A stretch of DNA of 64,000 nt from Azolla caroliniana (lineage: Eukaryota; Plantae; Polypodiophyta): positions 18,600,001 to 18,664,000 of the forward strand of contig JBHGNT010000012.1 in NCBI GenBank assembly GCA_043228905.1. The letters run 5' to 3'. Positions within the stretch are counted from its first letter, which is position 1. Each line of letters begins with the position of its first letter. The position numbers and the translations under genes are program-made. The notes below the pieces were generated by a model, which was not told the origin of the DNA, made no database searches, and saw only the letters and a list, made by a program, of their open reading frames with translations. Of this stretch, positions 1-13,716 are shown one piece after another.

Positions 1-542
1 GAATGCAACTTCTGAATTCAAGTTCCACACAAACTTTGTCGCAAGAAGGTTTATTTCTAATGTAAGCATGAAGAAATAAGGACATAAACGATAGATAGTA
101 AAGAGAGAGAGAGAGAGAAAGAAGGGTGCCGATCCACTCGACCACCCTTCGAGTGAAGGGATCGAGACTGACCCAAGCCTTGATCGACGTCCCATACCAC
201 CACCAAGGCATCGAGTCATACCTGATATAGGCACACACTCACAATAAGAGTCAAGTTCGCCACAAGGTCACATTCTCGGCGTAGTCAAATAATATGTCTA
301 ACGAGGATAGCTAGGCCTCATATTTATAGCCAGGCCTAAAGCCCCCAGGCAAGTCCACACACATGTGGCCCTTATGGGTTGTCTCAATCCCTAGGATTAA
401 AAGTAACCCTCCCTTCTTTACACTCACGATAAAACCCTCACACTTTTATCTGTCTGTGTAAGATACTCCAATACAAGCTAAAATGGGATAAATTTGGGTC
501 ATGATGCCCATTGGAGGTAACTCTGGGCGGGATCACGAGACA
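1..542 (-). mobile_element. LTR-like retrotransposon fragment, truncated by the window edge, abutting the UTP25 promoter
   Basis: On the minus strand it begins TGTCTCG at 542 and contains ATCCTAGG, CCACATGTGTG and a TATA-like CTATAAATATG, a layout resembling the LTR-like segments at 31.5 kb and 62.4 kb. No coding domain or TSD is visible. Confidence 0.4.
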
Positions 543-650
543 AAGCTTATCAGTGGGCGGGCGGGCGAGGGTTTCTCATAGAGAGGGTTTCTTCTTCTTC
601 TTCTTCTTCTTCTTCTTCTTCATGTATGTATATACACATCTTTAAAGAAG

Positions 651-688
<38 letters not shown>

Positions 689-750
689 TTGGCTTTTGTT
701 TCTCAATTGTAGTTAGTGTACACACAAAAAAGGACTGTGGGTGCTCCCCT

Positions 751-789
<39 letters not shown>

Positions 790-802
790 TCTCTGGAGAA
801 GA
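520..802 (+). promoter_or_regulatory. UTP25 proximal promoter / 5'UTR
   Basis: GC-box-like GGGCGG repeats (524-567), two AGGGTTT telo-box-like motifs (~568, ~585), and (CTT)n and (CT)n tracts just before the ATG at 803. Confidence 0.45.
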
Positions 803-3800
803 ATGGTGGACATAGACAGGATGAAGATGAAGACGAAGAAGAAGCTGCCTGGCAAGCATCAAACAGAGGGGCAGCGAAAGAGACGCAGGGATGAACCTAG
901 AGGAAACAAGCAACGTGAGGGTGTGGCTATGGAGCATCAAAGAAGACCAGGTATGTGTGTGTCCGATGCATATCCATCCATCCATCTATCTATCTGTCTA
1001 TATATGGTCTCCGTCATTTCGATGTCTCTTTCTGTTTCCCCTCTAGTCACATATTGGTAGGAGCACCACTTTCACAGTTGCCGCATCATGTCAATATGGC
1101 AATGGTTTTGGTTATACATACATACATGCACACATACATATCTATATCTATAACTATATCTATATCTATGATTATATCTATATCTATATCCATATCTATG
1201 TCTATATCTATATCTATATCTATATGTGGCAATGAGTAAATATTTTTTGTGTCCAGAGATTTACCTACATTTTTGCATCTGATTTTTATTTTATTTTTGT
1301 TCCTGCAAAGCAGTGACCGGTAGAACTACAGAATTTGGTCACAGCAATGAGGGGAGTGAGAGCGAGAGCGAGGGGCAGGTTAGCTCCGATGGTGGCGATG
1401 GTGATACTCCAGTGTCTGCTTATCAGACCCTTCTAGGGTCCTTGCAAGCAAAAGGAGGAACATTTACTCAAGCATTTGCACAAAGGTATGCATACTTTTT
1501 TATGTCTACAGTAGTCTCCAATTTGCAATTAAATAGCACGACCATCTTAGTCGATCTCCTCGACTTTCTAGCATAGTGGTCTATGCCTGGGTTTTTCTCA
1601 TCTGAGGTTCTGTAATATATTACTCATTCAAACATAATGCCTTTCGTTAAGATTTCTTTGAGAAACTGTTCGAGAAACCTCCATATGCCTGATGTTTTTT
1701 GTATTTTTTTGCCACAACTTTATTTTAGAAAAAATATATGCATAGACTTGATGGTGCCAAAATAATGCTGACATTACATGTGTCAAACCCTTCTGAAACG
1801 TATCTTATGTGACTGTCGCATGCATGTGGGCTTCTTTTGCTGCATCCTAATAATGGTATTCTTATTGTTTTTTATCTCCTACCAGGCAAAGGGAAGAGCA
1901 AGGAATGAGCTCTGATGATGAAAATCCCAGCTGTGAGGATGGCGGTGACGATTCTGATGATACTGGTAGCGATAGAGATGATGATGATGATTCTATTGAT
2001 CTTGAAGTTGATGAAAAGATTGAAGAAGAGTCTGATGATTGTAAAGAAGGTACTTAACTTTGTTAATAGGTTGTGTATATTATCCACATAATTGATATGG
2101 TTTCTGTGAAAGTGGAGGACACTGCCACTCAAATTGTGTAATGCTCAACAATGGGAAGGATTGCTATAACAGGATATAATTTTATGGAATAAATGTTATG
2201 AAAGTTTTCTAGAATAAATTCTATAATGGAAAAAAGAAGTGCGTAGACTCTCAGCCATATTTGCCTGGGAAAAATCTGTTTCTAGACTTCTCTAGGAAGT
2301 TGACATTCTAGAACTTGGCAGCAGCGTTTCCTTTAAGTGAACCATATACATCTCCAAGGTCTCATATGATGCAAATATTGAACTGGTCTTGTGGTGTGGT
2401 GCTGGTGGTCTGAATGAGTTTGACTCAAGGAGGATTGGCTTTTGGGTTTTGAAAGCTTTGATTTATGTATGCATATCTTGGTTTTTCCATATTGATGTTT
2501 TACGATGTCTGATATCTCTAGAGAAGATGCATTATTCAGAAATGGAGAAAGCAGCTGCTGTAGTTGAAGACGAGGAACAACCATTAGTTATGGAAATTGA
2601 AGAATCACAAGAAGAAAGTGGTGATGAGGCAGCTACAACAGCTCGTGGTACTCATATGAAGTAAGTGGAAATGGTGTGATCTAGTGGGTAAAGTTTCTGG
2701 AACAACTCCTATCATGTATCTGTTTAAATCTTACCTCTCTTTATTTTCGTATAGTGCATTCAAAAAGCATATGGATCACACTTTGACAGATACAGAAGTT
2801 GCACTGTTGTCGAAAGGAGGAATAAAGTTTAGGTGCCAAGTTGTTGCAGCTGGTATTCAGAAATCTAAATGGGTGACTACCTCAGCTGATTTTCCAGTGG
2901 TGAGTTAGTGCACCAAATCTAATAAACATTTACGAAACAGAAAGCAACTAAACAGCATTAAAAACTGAAAGCTGAAATGTTTCTTCTTGCAGTTTTATTG
3001 TCAAGATTGTTGCAAATGCGAAGCCCCCACAGAAATTATAAAATATGCTCTAAACAAACCTATGCGACTCAATTAAAACACTTATGCATAATAGTTTTCT
3101 TTTAACATGCTGCTTAGTGGAATGTTCATGTTTGAAGTCGTTAATGTTGTTTTTCTTAATATTACACATCTTAATTTTGGTTCAACAAAAATCAAAAGTT
3201 GGCAGCTTCTTATGGAAAACACGCATTTTGCATGCTATTATTGTTTTACTAAATAATATTGCGCATTTAATAATGTCATTTTGTCTATAGGAAGAAAAAA
3301 GTGCTCTAAATTGCGGCGTCAAACTGCGACTTAGGAGCGCATGGCTCTCATGCCATAAGGATATGCTTTGTGGGGATTTCGAAACAGATCGTCAGTGCCA
3401 GTTTTTCAACTATTGTACGACTCTCTCATACCCATGTTGACTTTGAAGATATAGGTTATCACTTAAGAGTGAGGTGGCAATGGACATAGTGGATGCTACT
3501 TCTTGCAGGTAATAGCTATCGAGATATCCTGTATTCTAGAAGACCAACTTTCTATGTTGATGGAGATGCTCAAGATGGTGAAATCATGGATGCCTATCTG
3601 TTGCATGTGGTGAGTTGCCAAATTTTTGATTTCGTTGTCTATAAAGGAAGTACAGAGAAAATAGAAGGAAACTGAGTAGATGTACTCCTTATGACAGCTG
3701 AATCATATCAGCAAAACCCGGGATCTTGTGACAAAAAATAATGAGAAAACAAATACTGCATCAGGAATTGAAGAAGCTCAAAGAGATCAAGGATTTACTA

Positions 3801-6800
3801 GGGCCAAGGTTATGATGTTTCTCATTACACATTTTTTCTCACCAAACCTCCTCATAGCATTATTTTTCAGGCGCATATGCAGCATATGGTGATGATAGGT
3901 GGTACGCATATTACAATTAGGTGCACTCAGATATAGTTTAACTTCATGGAATGGATTTGATTATTTGGAAATGCCAATTGTCTGGTGCATTTGTGAACAC
4001 ACGTTCAAATTAAATCACATTTAATCTGCAGTATAGACAAATGCATTGCACTGCATTACTTATGCATGAGAATCTCAATAACTATATGAGCCGGCTGTAT
4101 ATAAGTCATCATCAAACCTGATTAGAACTTGAGTATGATTGGAGCAGGTAATTTCTGTGGAGTATTGGTTTGCTACTGCAATTTACTTGACTAGATTGTA
4201 GAATGCAGGAACATTATAATTAGTTTGTGAGATTTAAGTCATTACTTTGCCAGCTAAACTTGATATCAAGGCTATTTTATATTTTTATGCTAATTTTTAT
4301 AGTGATTCAGGTTCTGATTTTGCTTCCATTGCGTAGCTGTGCATTAAGAGTGGTAAAAAAGCTGCTAACGTTAGTACCGTCCTTGCAAAAGGTATTCTTT
4401 GGTTCAATGCGTTCTTTGTTTGCATTGTTTTGTCTCGAATATCTTAATTGTAAGCATGAACTGTATCAGTCGGGAAGACTTGAGTGAGCCTTATTACATA
4501 TGTGTATAGTGATCTCTTATGCAAACTTCCTAGCTAGAAGTTTAAGGTAGTGCCAGTTCATACTGAAATGATAGATTGTGTCTTTTAATTCAGTTAATTC
4601 TAGCCATAACCATGAAAATCATAATCAAATATCATCGTGTCTTTTTCTATTTTAAAGATAGGGTAGGGGGTACTTATATCAACACCTTAGGAACAGGTCA
4701 TGTATATTTATTCTTATGGATGGCGAAAGAGTCTCTCTTAAGCAAGGGAGGCTACCTATTTCTCTTTTTTCCTTTCTTAAAACTTGTTATGGTTGTTAAA
4801 ACATTTGCACACATTTCTCTCTTTTATACCCTTTTCGTAAAGCTTATTATATTGATGAGAATATTGAAATGTTCTCCATAATCTTTTCTTACTATTCCAG
4901 AGCACCGTGGAGCATAAGTCAAGGTTCTTTGATGAGTTTGGTGTGGAAGATTCGGATTCAGATTTGGATGAACCTGCAGTAGCAAAGAAGACATCTAAAC
5001 CAGCTGATCACAATGCACTTTTTGATGGCAACAATGATGATCATTTCCGAATTGGAATAAAGTTCACAAGGTTTGAAAACGTGCTTCTTAAATTTGACAC
5101 TGGCTTTGGATTATGTACATGAAACAACATCATGGATGCTGTGATCTTTCACTCAATTTGATTCTTGAATGATAATATGCTTTTAACTGCCCTTCTATTT
5201 CATGACACTAGGTTTTTTATAAGCTCTGTTTAGTCTATTATGTGCGGTTTTTGTGGCTGGTTATTTCCATCTACATCTAGGGCTTAATGTTATTATTAAT
5301 TTGCTTCCATAATTGACATCAAATTCTGTGATATTGTTGGTGAATTAGTGCTGCGATTTATTACCATTGTATTTATGGAGATGGTCTAGATTCTATAGTC
5401 CATATCAACATTGCATGCATTATTTGTCTCCTCTCCCAAAAATTAACTTACACTCCTAAATGACCACAAGGCGAGTATTCCTTATCAAGAATTACCTGGG
5501 ACAGTTGGGAAAGAGCCATCTGTGACATACTGATAAATGCATATGATAATTGGAAAGGAAGAAATTGTGACTGGAACCCCGTGGCCTATATGTCAATACT
5601 TACCCAATGAGGGGAGTTAGCTGATTTCTTATCAGGATATCAGGACAAAGCCTGCATTTTAAGTACACATGGATATCTGTATCCTACATGTTTGGGCTTG
5701 GGCCAATGGTATAGTTCAAGTTATGTCAGTAAGCCATCAATTTGGGAACAGCAATAGTCATGGCTGTACAAAGAAGACTTAGATATGGGCCGATACATAT
5801 CCAAAAGGATTTCGTGTACCTATTCAATGTACTATTGAAACTCAATGCACATGTTCGTTTGTCACAAAGGAATGTTCATTCGCCAAAAGGTATAGAAAGA
5901 CATGAGCATGCCACTATTAAGTCCTGGGCATCAGCCATTGCTCTGCTAAACCTCAACTATGGCTTTGGAAACCTCTTGCTGGTACTTATTTTTGTGTTTC
6001 AGAGCTTGTGCAGTTAGGATACTGCCAATAATTATTTCATTTCCACTCAAGGGGCATCTGTTTATTGTGAATTGTGATAGGAAGCACAAGTTACTTTTTT
6101 GAAACCATTAAAAAAGTCATATGCTTCATTATTAGTGGAAAATCATACTGATATGGCTCTTTATTTTTTGCTGCATCATTTTGGCTGACTTAAATAACTA
6201 GTTTTTATGACTGAAACAATGAAGTCACTCATTCAATTGTGATCTTAGAAATTCAATAATTCCAACCAAGATCTAGCCTTGATCTTACATCTCAGTGACA
6301 TTTTTCGGCATGCTCACCCTGCCTGTCCATGCCATCTTGCCAACCCATTTGTTCTGTTGAGCTGTTTTGGCAAACTTGCTAGAAACTTTCCAAGGCATCA
6401 TATGGAATGATGCAAATATGCGCTTTAATATACAGACAGTGCATGCATGTAAATACCGACACACCACATTGCTGGATGAAGTAATTATTAACTATACATT
6501 TCTTTTGCAGGAAAAGCGTGAAACTTTACAGCGATTTCTATTCATCCGATTTGATCATTGCCTCTCCGTTGGGTTTGATAACGGTAGGTTCATTGAATAC
6601 ATCGTTTTTGAGTTTTGCCACTAAAAGATATTTTTACAAATAGAAGTCTTTCACTCTTTTAAATGACTATAGTTTTGAGATTATTGATTATAGATCTGAG
6701 AATCTTCTGCTTGTTAATTTATTTATTTTTATAATTCACCTTGGTATCACTACAACAGAGAATTGGAGAAGCAGAGCAGGAAAAGGATAAGGACGTTGAT

Positions 6801-9800
6801 TTTCTATCTTCAATTGAGGTAAGCAGATGTCTTATGTGGGTGGCCAGAAACTTCTACATTAGATTCGGTGGCGAGTTCTCTTCATCGTCACCTTACTCTG
6901 GTTTGCTGTCAGCTCAGCACTTGTTAAAAAGGGGAGCTTGAAACAGGGAAAAACCTTCCGCACTCTGTAGGAATTCTTAAGAAGTTCATGAAAAACCTCA
7001 AATTTATGCAACAGATGAGATCTAGAGAAGGTCCAGCATGATGCGATGGTGGCATGTTAGTTAGAAGAACCTGATGACCCACTGCTCATTCTGCATCCAA
7101 GTGACCATTGCCGTATTTCATTTATGATGTGTATATACTGTTAATATACAAAGGGCCATTTCTTAGAAGGGGGCTTCAATACATGGTTTCCATATGTGCA
7201 TGCAACCTAGACCTTCAAAGACTTATGCCAATAAATAATGGCACCTAATGGAAGAAGTAATGTATCCATGATTCAGCTGACGCTTGATATATAAATCTCA
7301 TGTTGCATGAAATTGGAATATAACGGTTAATGATTACAGTAACATATATGAATATGCACTACACTGTTCACAAGTTGCCAACTCAATTGATTATCTATGG
7401 TGTGTACACTAAGTTTCTAATAATGCGAAGGTGCTGTCAGATTGTTTCCTCTGATAGGATGTAATGTTTGCTGCTATATTTTGCAGATTTTAATTATAGA
7501 TTATGCAGATTGCATACTTATGCAGGTAAGGTGACACAGAAAAGGTGTGTGGAAGTGATTTGATTTCCATATCCATTGGTTAAGCTTATATTATTTTGCA
7601 GAACTGGTCTCATGTGGTTGAGATTGGAGAGCAACTTAACCAGATTCCTGTGCAACAACATGGTACCGACTTTATGCGAATAAGGGAATGGTAAAGATAT
7701 AAATATATTCATCTTTAGTATTGGTGTACAGAATCACTATTCTATTTTTATTTGGGATGTATTGTATGATTTGTAGGTTTTTGAATGGGAATGCTCGGTA
7801 TTATAGGCAGTCAATCATTCTCTCTGCATTTGCTGATGCGGGTATACATTCTTTACTTTACACAGCATACATGATGTGCCATACTTTTTTTTAATCTTAA
7901 GGAACACTAAATTTTAATGTTCATGTAGGGATTAATGCATTTTTTCATAGATCCTGTTTTAGCCATGCTGGCAAGGTAGGTATTGTTTTATGCATTACTT
8001 TTTCTATCTCTATCATGTGCACTTTTCTTAAATTTGACCCATGCAGATGAAGTTGCGATGTGAACACCCTGGTGTCCTTTCTAAGGTTCTGTTGCAAGTA
8101 CGGCAGGTATGCTTTGGAGTGGTTATGTTATTTTGTGTAGGAAAGTTGTTTGTCTTTAATTATAAAAGGTTCACCATTTGAACTGGAGCACACTCTTCTG
8201 ATGTAGGTATATGAACGCTTTAATGGTATTTCTCTAACAGAGGTGGACGATGCCCGGTTCAATTTATTTGTGAAGCAGGTACAGAATTAGGATTACCATT
8301 TCAGGCCGTCAAATGCTTGATGTTATTTTGGAGCCAAAATGGCTAATTGATCCTCAACCTTGCATTCCTGCAATATGGGACATTATTTATTAGTCATAAG
8401 GGTGTAGCGTTGCACATATTTTGAAATTTCTTTCATTATAATATCATATATTTTTGAGTTCTTTTTTTCTCTGTAATAATTTCTACTTTATAAAGTTTGT
8501 TCAATTTATTCTTTCTTTCCTTATCTTTTGGTTTCAGGTCTTTGCATCATTGAAGGACTCTTTGCAGGTTTCTCATTGCCTAATAAACGAAATCAAATTT
8601 CTAAATCATAATTTTGCTTATCTTTTACCTTGGAATCTCAGGGAGGGATCATGATATTTGTGAGCTCATATTTTGACTTCGTGCGACTGCGCAATTTTCT
8701 AAAATCAGAGAACATGTCATTTTGTCTTCTTGGAGAGTATGTGACCAAATTCCGAACTTCTTTTGTATCTAAACATTACAATGGACATGGGACTGAAATA
8801 GATTTATTAAATTGTATTGGCATTCCTAATAAGATTATTCTATGTTTAAGTTAATGTAATGCAATAAGGGTTACGTTACATTTATTAACCTACCCTAAAC
8901 TATTGGGGGCTGGAAAGATATTATGAGCCCCCAATATTAGACCTCAATTAAAATTATGTTCTAATTTTCTGCAGCTGAGCCTATTAATCAAATCTCAAAG
9001 CCTTCATTACAGCTATAGTCCTTGTGATGCTGGCATTTACTATGATAGGCAAAATTTTCAATTTATTATAAATCGGCTTGTCAAAATTGTTTAATATGTA
9101 TACCTCATGCCAGTAGCCATTTTCTAATGACTTGACGTCATTCCTTAGGTACCTTTGGGCAAGATATTATCAAGTCTGAACTCTAGGTCTTCTATAAGTC
9201 TTGGAGTAAGATGGTTGATCCTGACAAAAAGTCCAAGGCATAAGATGGTCAAGCAGTCGACCATCTCATAGGCCTTTTTGCAGTCGTCCGTGGGTGGGGT
9301 TGTGGTTTATCATGGAACTTGAGTTTCTAGATGTCTTTTGCAGATATCAAGGCACCCTGATAAAAAGTCAAGTCACAAGATGGTCAATCAGTTGACCCTT
9401 TGAGAGGCCTTCTTGAAGTCATCTGTGGGAGGAGTGCTTGAGTTTCTGGATGTCTTCTGGTTATATCAAGTTAAATTTAAACACTAGGTCTTCGATAAGT
9501 CAATAGATAAGATGGTTCACCTTGTCAAAAAGTCCAGGCTTAAGATGGTCAAGCAGTTGAACAACTAAGGTCAAGTTTGAATACTAAATCTTCTATAAGT
9601 CAAGGAATAATATGGTTGACCCAGTCAAAAATTCAATGCATAAGATGGTCAGGCAGTTGACCCTCTGGTTGGCCTTCTTGAAGTGGTCTGAGCAAGGAGC
9701 GTTTGAATATTATGGAACTTGAGTTTGTGGATGTTTTCTGCAGATGTAAGGTTATCATAGGCATGCTGTGCTTCTACTTGCTGGAATATTGCCCAATAGC

Positions 9801-10900
9801 TTAGTTACTTCTCTGTCAGATGGATGTTCTCTATCCTGAAGCTGAATTAGCTTTGTGGGATGTGAGAACATTCTGATGTATGTTTTTTCTCATGAAGCTG
9901 ACTTAGCTTAGACAGTTGTGATAACAAGTGACTTTGATGTTACTTCTTCAAATCTATACCATTCAATTGGATCTCTATTTAGTTCGACTTTTTTGTACCG
10001 CACTAAATAAATAAATAAATAAATATATATGCAACAGCATAGTTGTGCAATGATATGAATGAAATCATTCATTTCTATGTAAAATTTTTCCTTCAGTTTG
10101 ATTGCATGTTCTTTTAAGTTCGTCTTGCAATTAAGTTCATTAAATCAATCATGCTGCTTATGAGAGACAGTATTTTCATAATAGATATACCAAGGCAAGT
10201 GATATTTCTCGTTCACGAGCATGGTTCTTTCATGGAAAGCGTCGAATAATGCTCTATTCAGAACGTGCACACTTTTATCATCGTTACAAAGTAAATTTTT
10301 TATTTCTATGCATACTTGAACTCTGTTCATAGTGTTTCCTTCATCAATAACTTTGTTTTATGTTTTCCAGATTCGTGGTATAAAAGACTTGATCTTCTAC
10401 TCCCTACCAGAAAATGCAGAATTCTACTCTGAGGTAGGTGTGAATGAGGGTTAGTCCCTATAATTAATTGTCTGTGCACTTTCTTAATTGTGACTTCTAT
10501 CTCATCAGATAACAAACATGATGGAGGGGCTTGATAATCCATCTTCCTTGGCTCTTTTCTCTGAATTTGACAACTTAAAGGTTTGTACTTGCTTATGATG
10601 CTTCGTTTACTACAAATCACTTATGCTAGGAGGGAAGTAATGTGATGTGGATTTAATCTTCCGTTCCATCTCAGTATCGTGTGAATCAACCATTAAATCA
10701 CTGAATGGTTTTTTTTTTTGCTCCAAACTACAATTCAGTCTTGACGCATAGTTGAGCATACATCCATATTTTCTTAACCTTCTAATATAATTTATGCTTG
10801 ATCATTTAATTTTGATCATCTGCAGCTGGAGAGAATTGTTGGGACATCTCGAGCAAGCAAAATGTTAAAATCTGAAAATAGAACTTTCATGTTTTGTTAA
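803..10900 (+). CDS. UTP25: U3 snoRNA-associated protein 25 (UTP25/DIEXF/NOF1 family), ~760 aa, 24 exons
   Basis: Exons 803-950, 1314(or 1311)-1485, 1886-2049, 2540-2660, 2755-2899, 3291-3414, 3509-3609, 3698-3808, 4311-4391, 4901-5070, 6511-6583, 6759-6818, 7487-7525, 7602-7690, 7777-7841, 7929-7975, 8047-8106, 8207-8278, 8538-8567, 8642-8736, 10185-10290, 10371-10433, 10509-10580, 10826-10900. All introns are GT-AG and the total of 2283 nt is in frame. Family motifs: [103 protein letters not shown]. The N-terminus is acidic. The start could instead be the ATG at 821. Confidence 0.93.
1138..1222. repeat. (ATATCT)n microsatellite in UTP25 intron 1
   Basis: Directly visible hexamer repeat. 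It explains the ISISIS stretch in ORF 955..1239. Confidence 0.9.
9168..9745. repeat. Degenerate tandem repeat (~100-180 bp units, ~4 partial copies) in UTP25 intron 20
   Basis: Recurrent blocks GGTCTTCTATAAGTC, TAAGATGGTCAAGCAGT(T/C)GA, AGGCCTTCTTGAAGT and CTTGAGTTTCT(A/G)GATGT at ~9170, 9345, 9465 and 9570. Confidence 0.8.
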
Positions 10901-12497
10901 GAGATGATGGGATTCAAACTCAATCCCATGTTAGCACCATATCCTGCCTGTAACTCATATAAATCAAAGGAGCAATCTGTATCTGATGAGAGTATCCTTA
11001 TTACTAAGCAAAATATATCGTGCTGTGTCAAGGGGTCATCCACAAATACATTTCAGAAGATTAATTCGTGGATTGCAAAACTATCCTCCAAACGAGCAGG
11101 TTGCATAAATTATGATGGTGATCCAACATGTTTTGGTGCATCATTATGAGTTAACCATATCACCAAACCATCCATGGATGTCAGCAACATGGGTATGATT
11201 TCTTCTTACCAAGTACACCAAAATGGTGTATAGTGCTCCACACAGCACTATGGTTGCAAAATCATGGTGCTGTGAAAAGTTGAATCTTACATTGAAGGTG
11301 TTATCAATGTTTTAAAGCCCAAACATGTCATTATCATTATTGAGAATTTTTGTAAGACGTGAATGATCTCTGAAAAACACCATGCTTGTGGGCCCACAGG
11401 AAACATATGGTACGATTGTTCTTTGCCTTACTGCTGGTAATAGAAGAACACAGATCATGAATCAAGTTTTTTAGACTTGATAAATCAATTTTGGTCTTGT
11501 ATTGTATTTGACTTCTTTGAAAGAAGATTGCACTTCACATTATATGGATTAATTTGTGTGTAAAGATCTCGCATGATGAAGCATGTCATTAAAGTTATGG
11601 ATAGCAGAATTTTTGAATTCCAACTAGCATATTTGGTTTTTACATATGCTTTAAGTGAACCCCAAAGGCATCATATTTGTGACAATGGTTTTGAAGCTAA
11701 AAATGGAAACAAAAGATCTTTGCCACTTAGCTTTAGTTGGTCAATAACACATATTTAGCTGCCCTAGGATTGCAGGTTCTCTATCTTGAGATAGTTTAGT
11801 ATGTGGTCATGCTGAAACTATGAAAAATATATAACAATAACCAAAGCTATACATTTATTTTATTGTTATTGAATGGTTGGGAATGTAATTGGGGGACTTC
11901 TACGTTATTAAATTGAATTGGTGAGCTTGTTTAGATATTCACACAGAATAATTGTTTTCTAGTATCTTTTATAAAAATGATGGATGAAATTTAAACATGT
12001 TAATCCATTTGAATAGTGAAGGAATATCAATTGTTTGGAATAAGTAGTTTTTTTAGTTATGAAGAGGGTAGTGAATTGTAAAGGTTTTTAAACTGCATTT
12101 AGTTCCAAGAGGTAGCATTTATGTAGTAATTATCAAGGAATGAATCGCATTTACTTGAAGGGGTCAACATAAATTTCCAAGGGCTGTTATTGAGTTTGGA
12201 GGGGTGGGTTTCCTTAGGGTTGGTTAATCAATGATGGATTGAAGGATGTCACTCCCTAATGGCAAAGGCTATTGCCATACATCAACACATGAAAATACTT
12301 GCCTCTCAACTTCGTGCAATGCTAGAAACCTAAATTTACCTTTGAAATTAATCTAAAATTAACACACTTTGAATTGCTTTATTAATTAAGAAGTTCATTT
12401 TTACTTAAATAAAATTTATTGCATAAGAAACATATGAGATGCCTCAATTAAGTTGCTAATTACTAAGTAAAAAACATATATATGTGATTAAGTAGTG

Positions 12498-13352
12498 TGT
12501 AAAAGCTACATGGAGAAAGTAACTCTAGGTGGGCACAAGGAGGAGAGAATGAGAACCAAAAGGTAGCCCCAAAGTCGGGGAACCTAAAAATACCCTTTTT
12601 ACATGAGACCTCTTGCTCTTTTATACAAGTTGGAAACCCTAGAGGACCCCTTCAACAACCTTTCTTAGGGATGCTGATTTCATAGACAACCATCCAGGGG
12701 ACGTCTTTGTGCCCTTAGTCTTCTATAGGGTTGGTTGTCTTTTGATAAGACTTCTTCTAGCAACGATAATAAAACACCGTAACCTTCTCGGGCATCCTAT
12801 TGTGCCGACGTATATATAGAGGCTTGGCAAGTCTCTTCCAAGTTCCAACAATGAGGCATGAATCACTTGGTTGTAATAAAGCAATATCAAGTGTCTTTGA
12901 TAGTCAATGTATGGTTCAAGGCCTTAGCAAACATATGGTTGTGGATGGGTTCGAGAGAGATAGCCTACTCGTAAGCTCTTCATGAACGGATATCTGGTTT
13001 CATATGTAAACAAGCAAAGCAATATCAAGTGTCTTTGATAGTCAATGTATGGTTCAAGGCCTTGATAAGGTTGTGGATGGGTTTGAGAGAGGTAGCCTAC
13101 TCGTAAGCTCTTCATGAACGGACATCTGGTTTCATATTAAACAAGCAGAGCAATATCAAGTGTCTTCGACAGTCGATGTATGGTTCAAGGCCTTGGCAAA
13201 CATAAGGTTGTGGGTGGGTTCGAGAGGGTAGCCTACTCGTAAGCTCTTCATGAAACGAACATCTGGTTCCATATGTGTAACAAGCGAAATCATTCGTGTA
13301 GATAATGCGATAGTGAGGCCCCTGCGTGGCAAGGAAAGTTTGGTTTCATACA
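12498..13352 (+). mobile_element. LTR-like segment with an internal ~135-bp triple tandem repeat, upstream of MDH
   Basis: Candidate TG...CA ends, TATA-like GTATATATAGAGG (~12810) followed by AATAAA (~12875), then three near-identical repeats. No TSD found. Confidence 0.35.
12878..13285. repeat. ~135-bp tandem repeat, 3 copies
   Basis: GCAATATCAAGTGTCTT...GGTTCAAGGCCTT...GCCTACTCGTAAGCTCTTCATGAA...TCTGGTT recurs at ~12881, ~13019 and ~13150. Confidence 0.92.
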
Positions 13353-13620
13353 CGAGACCCCGAAACGTGGGCATTCTGGGCATTGGGTAGATAGAGATGG
13401 GGCATATACATACTACTAGTACTACAACAGCAACAACATTATGAATAGGCACCACAATGCTTACAGATTAGGCAAAGCCCCAAAAATGTGGTGGATGATT
13501 TACAGAAGGCCTTGGATATCATTTGGATAAAATAAATCTTTGGGCTCCAACCTTTTAAAGAATCAAGCAAGCAGACACCAACCCATCCATCCATACATCC
13601 ATCCATCATCCAAGCAAGCT

Positions 13621-13684
13621 ATGGCAGAGCGCTTGGCAAGGATCAATGCCCATTTGCAGCCTTCTGCCTATGTAAGCCATTGAT

Positions 13685-13716
<32 letters not shown>

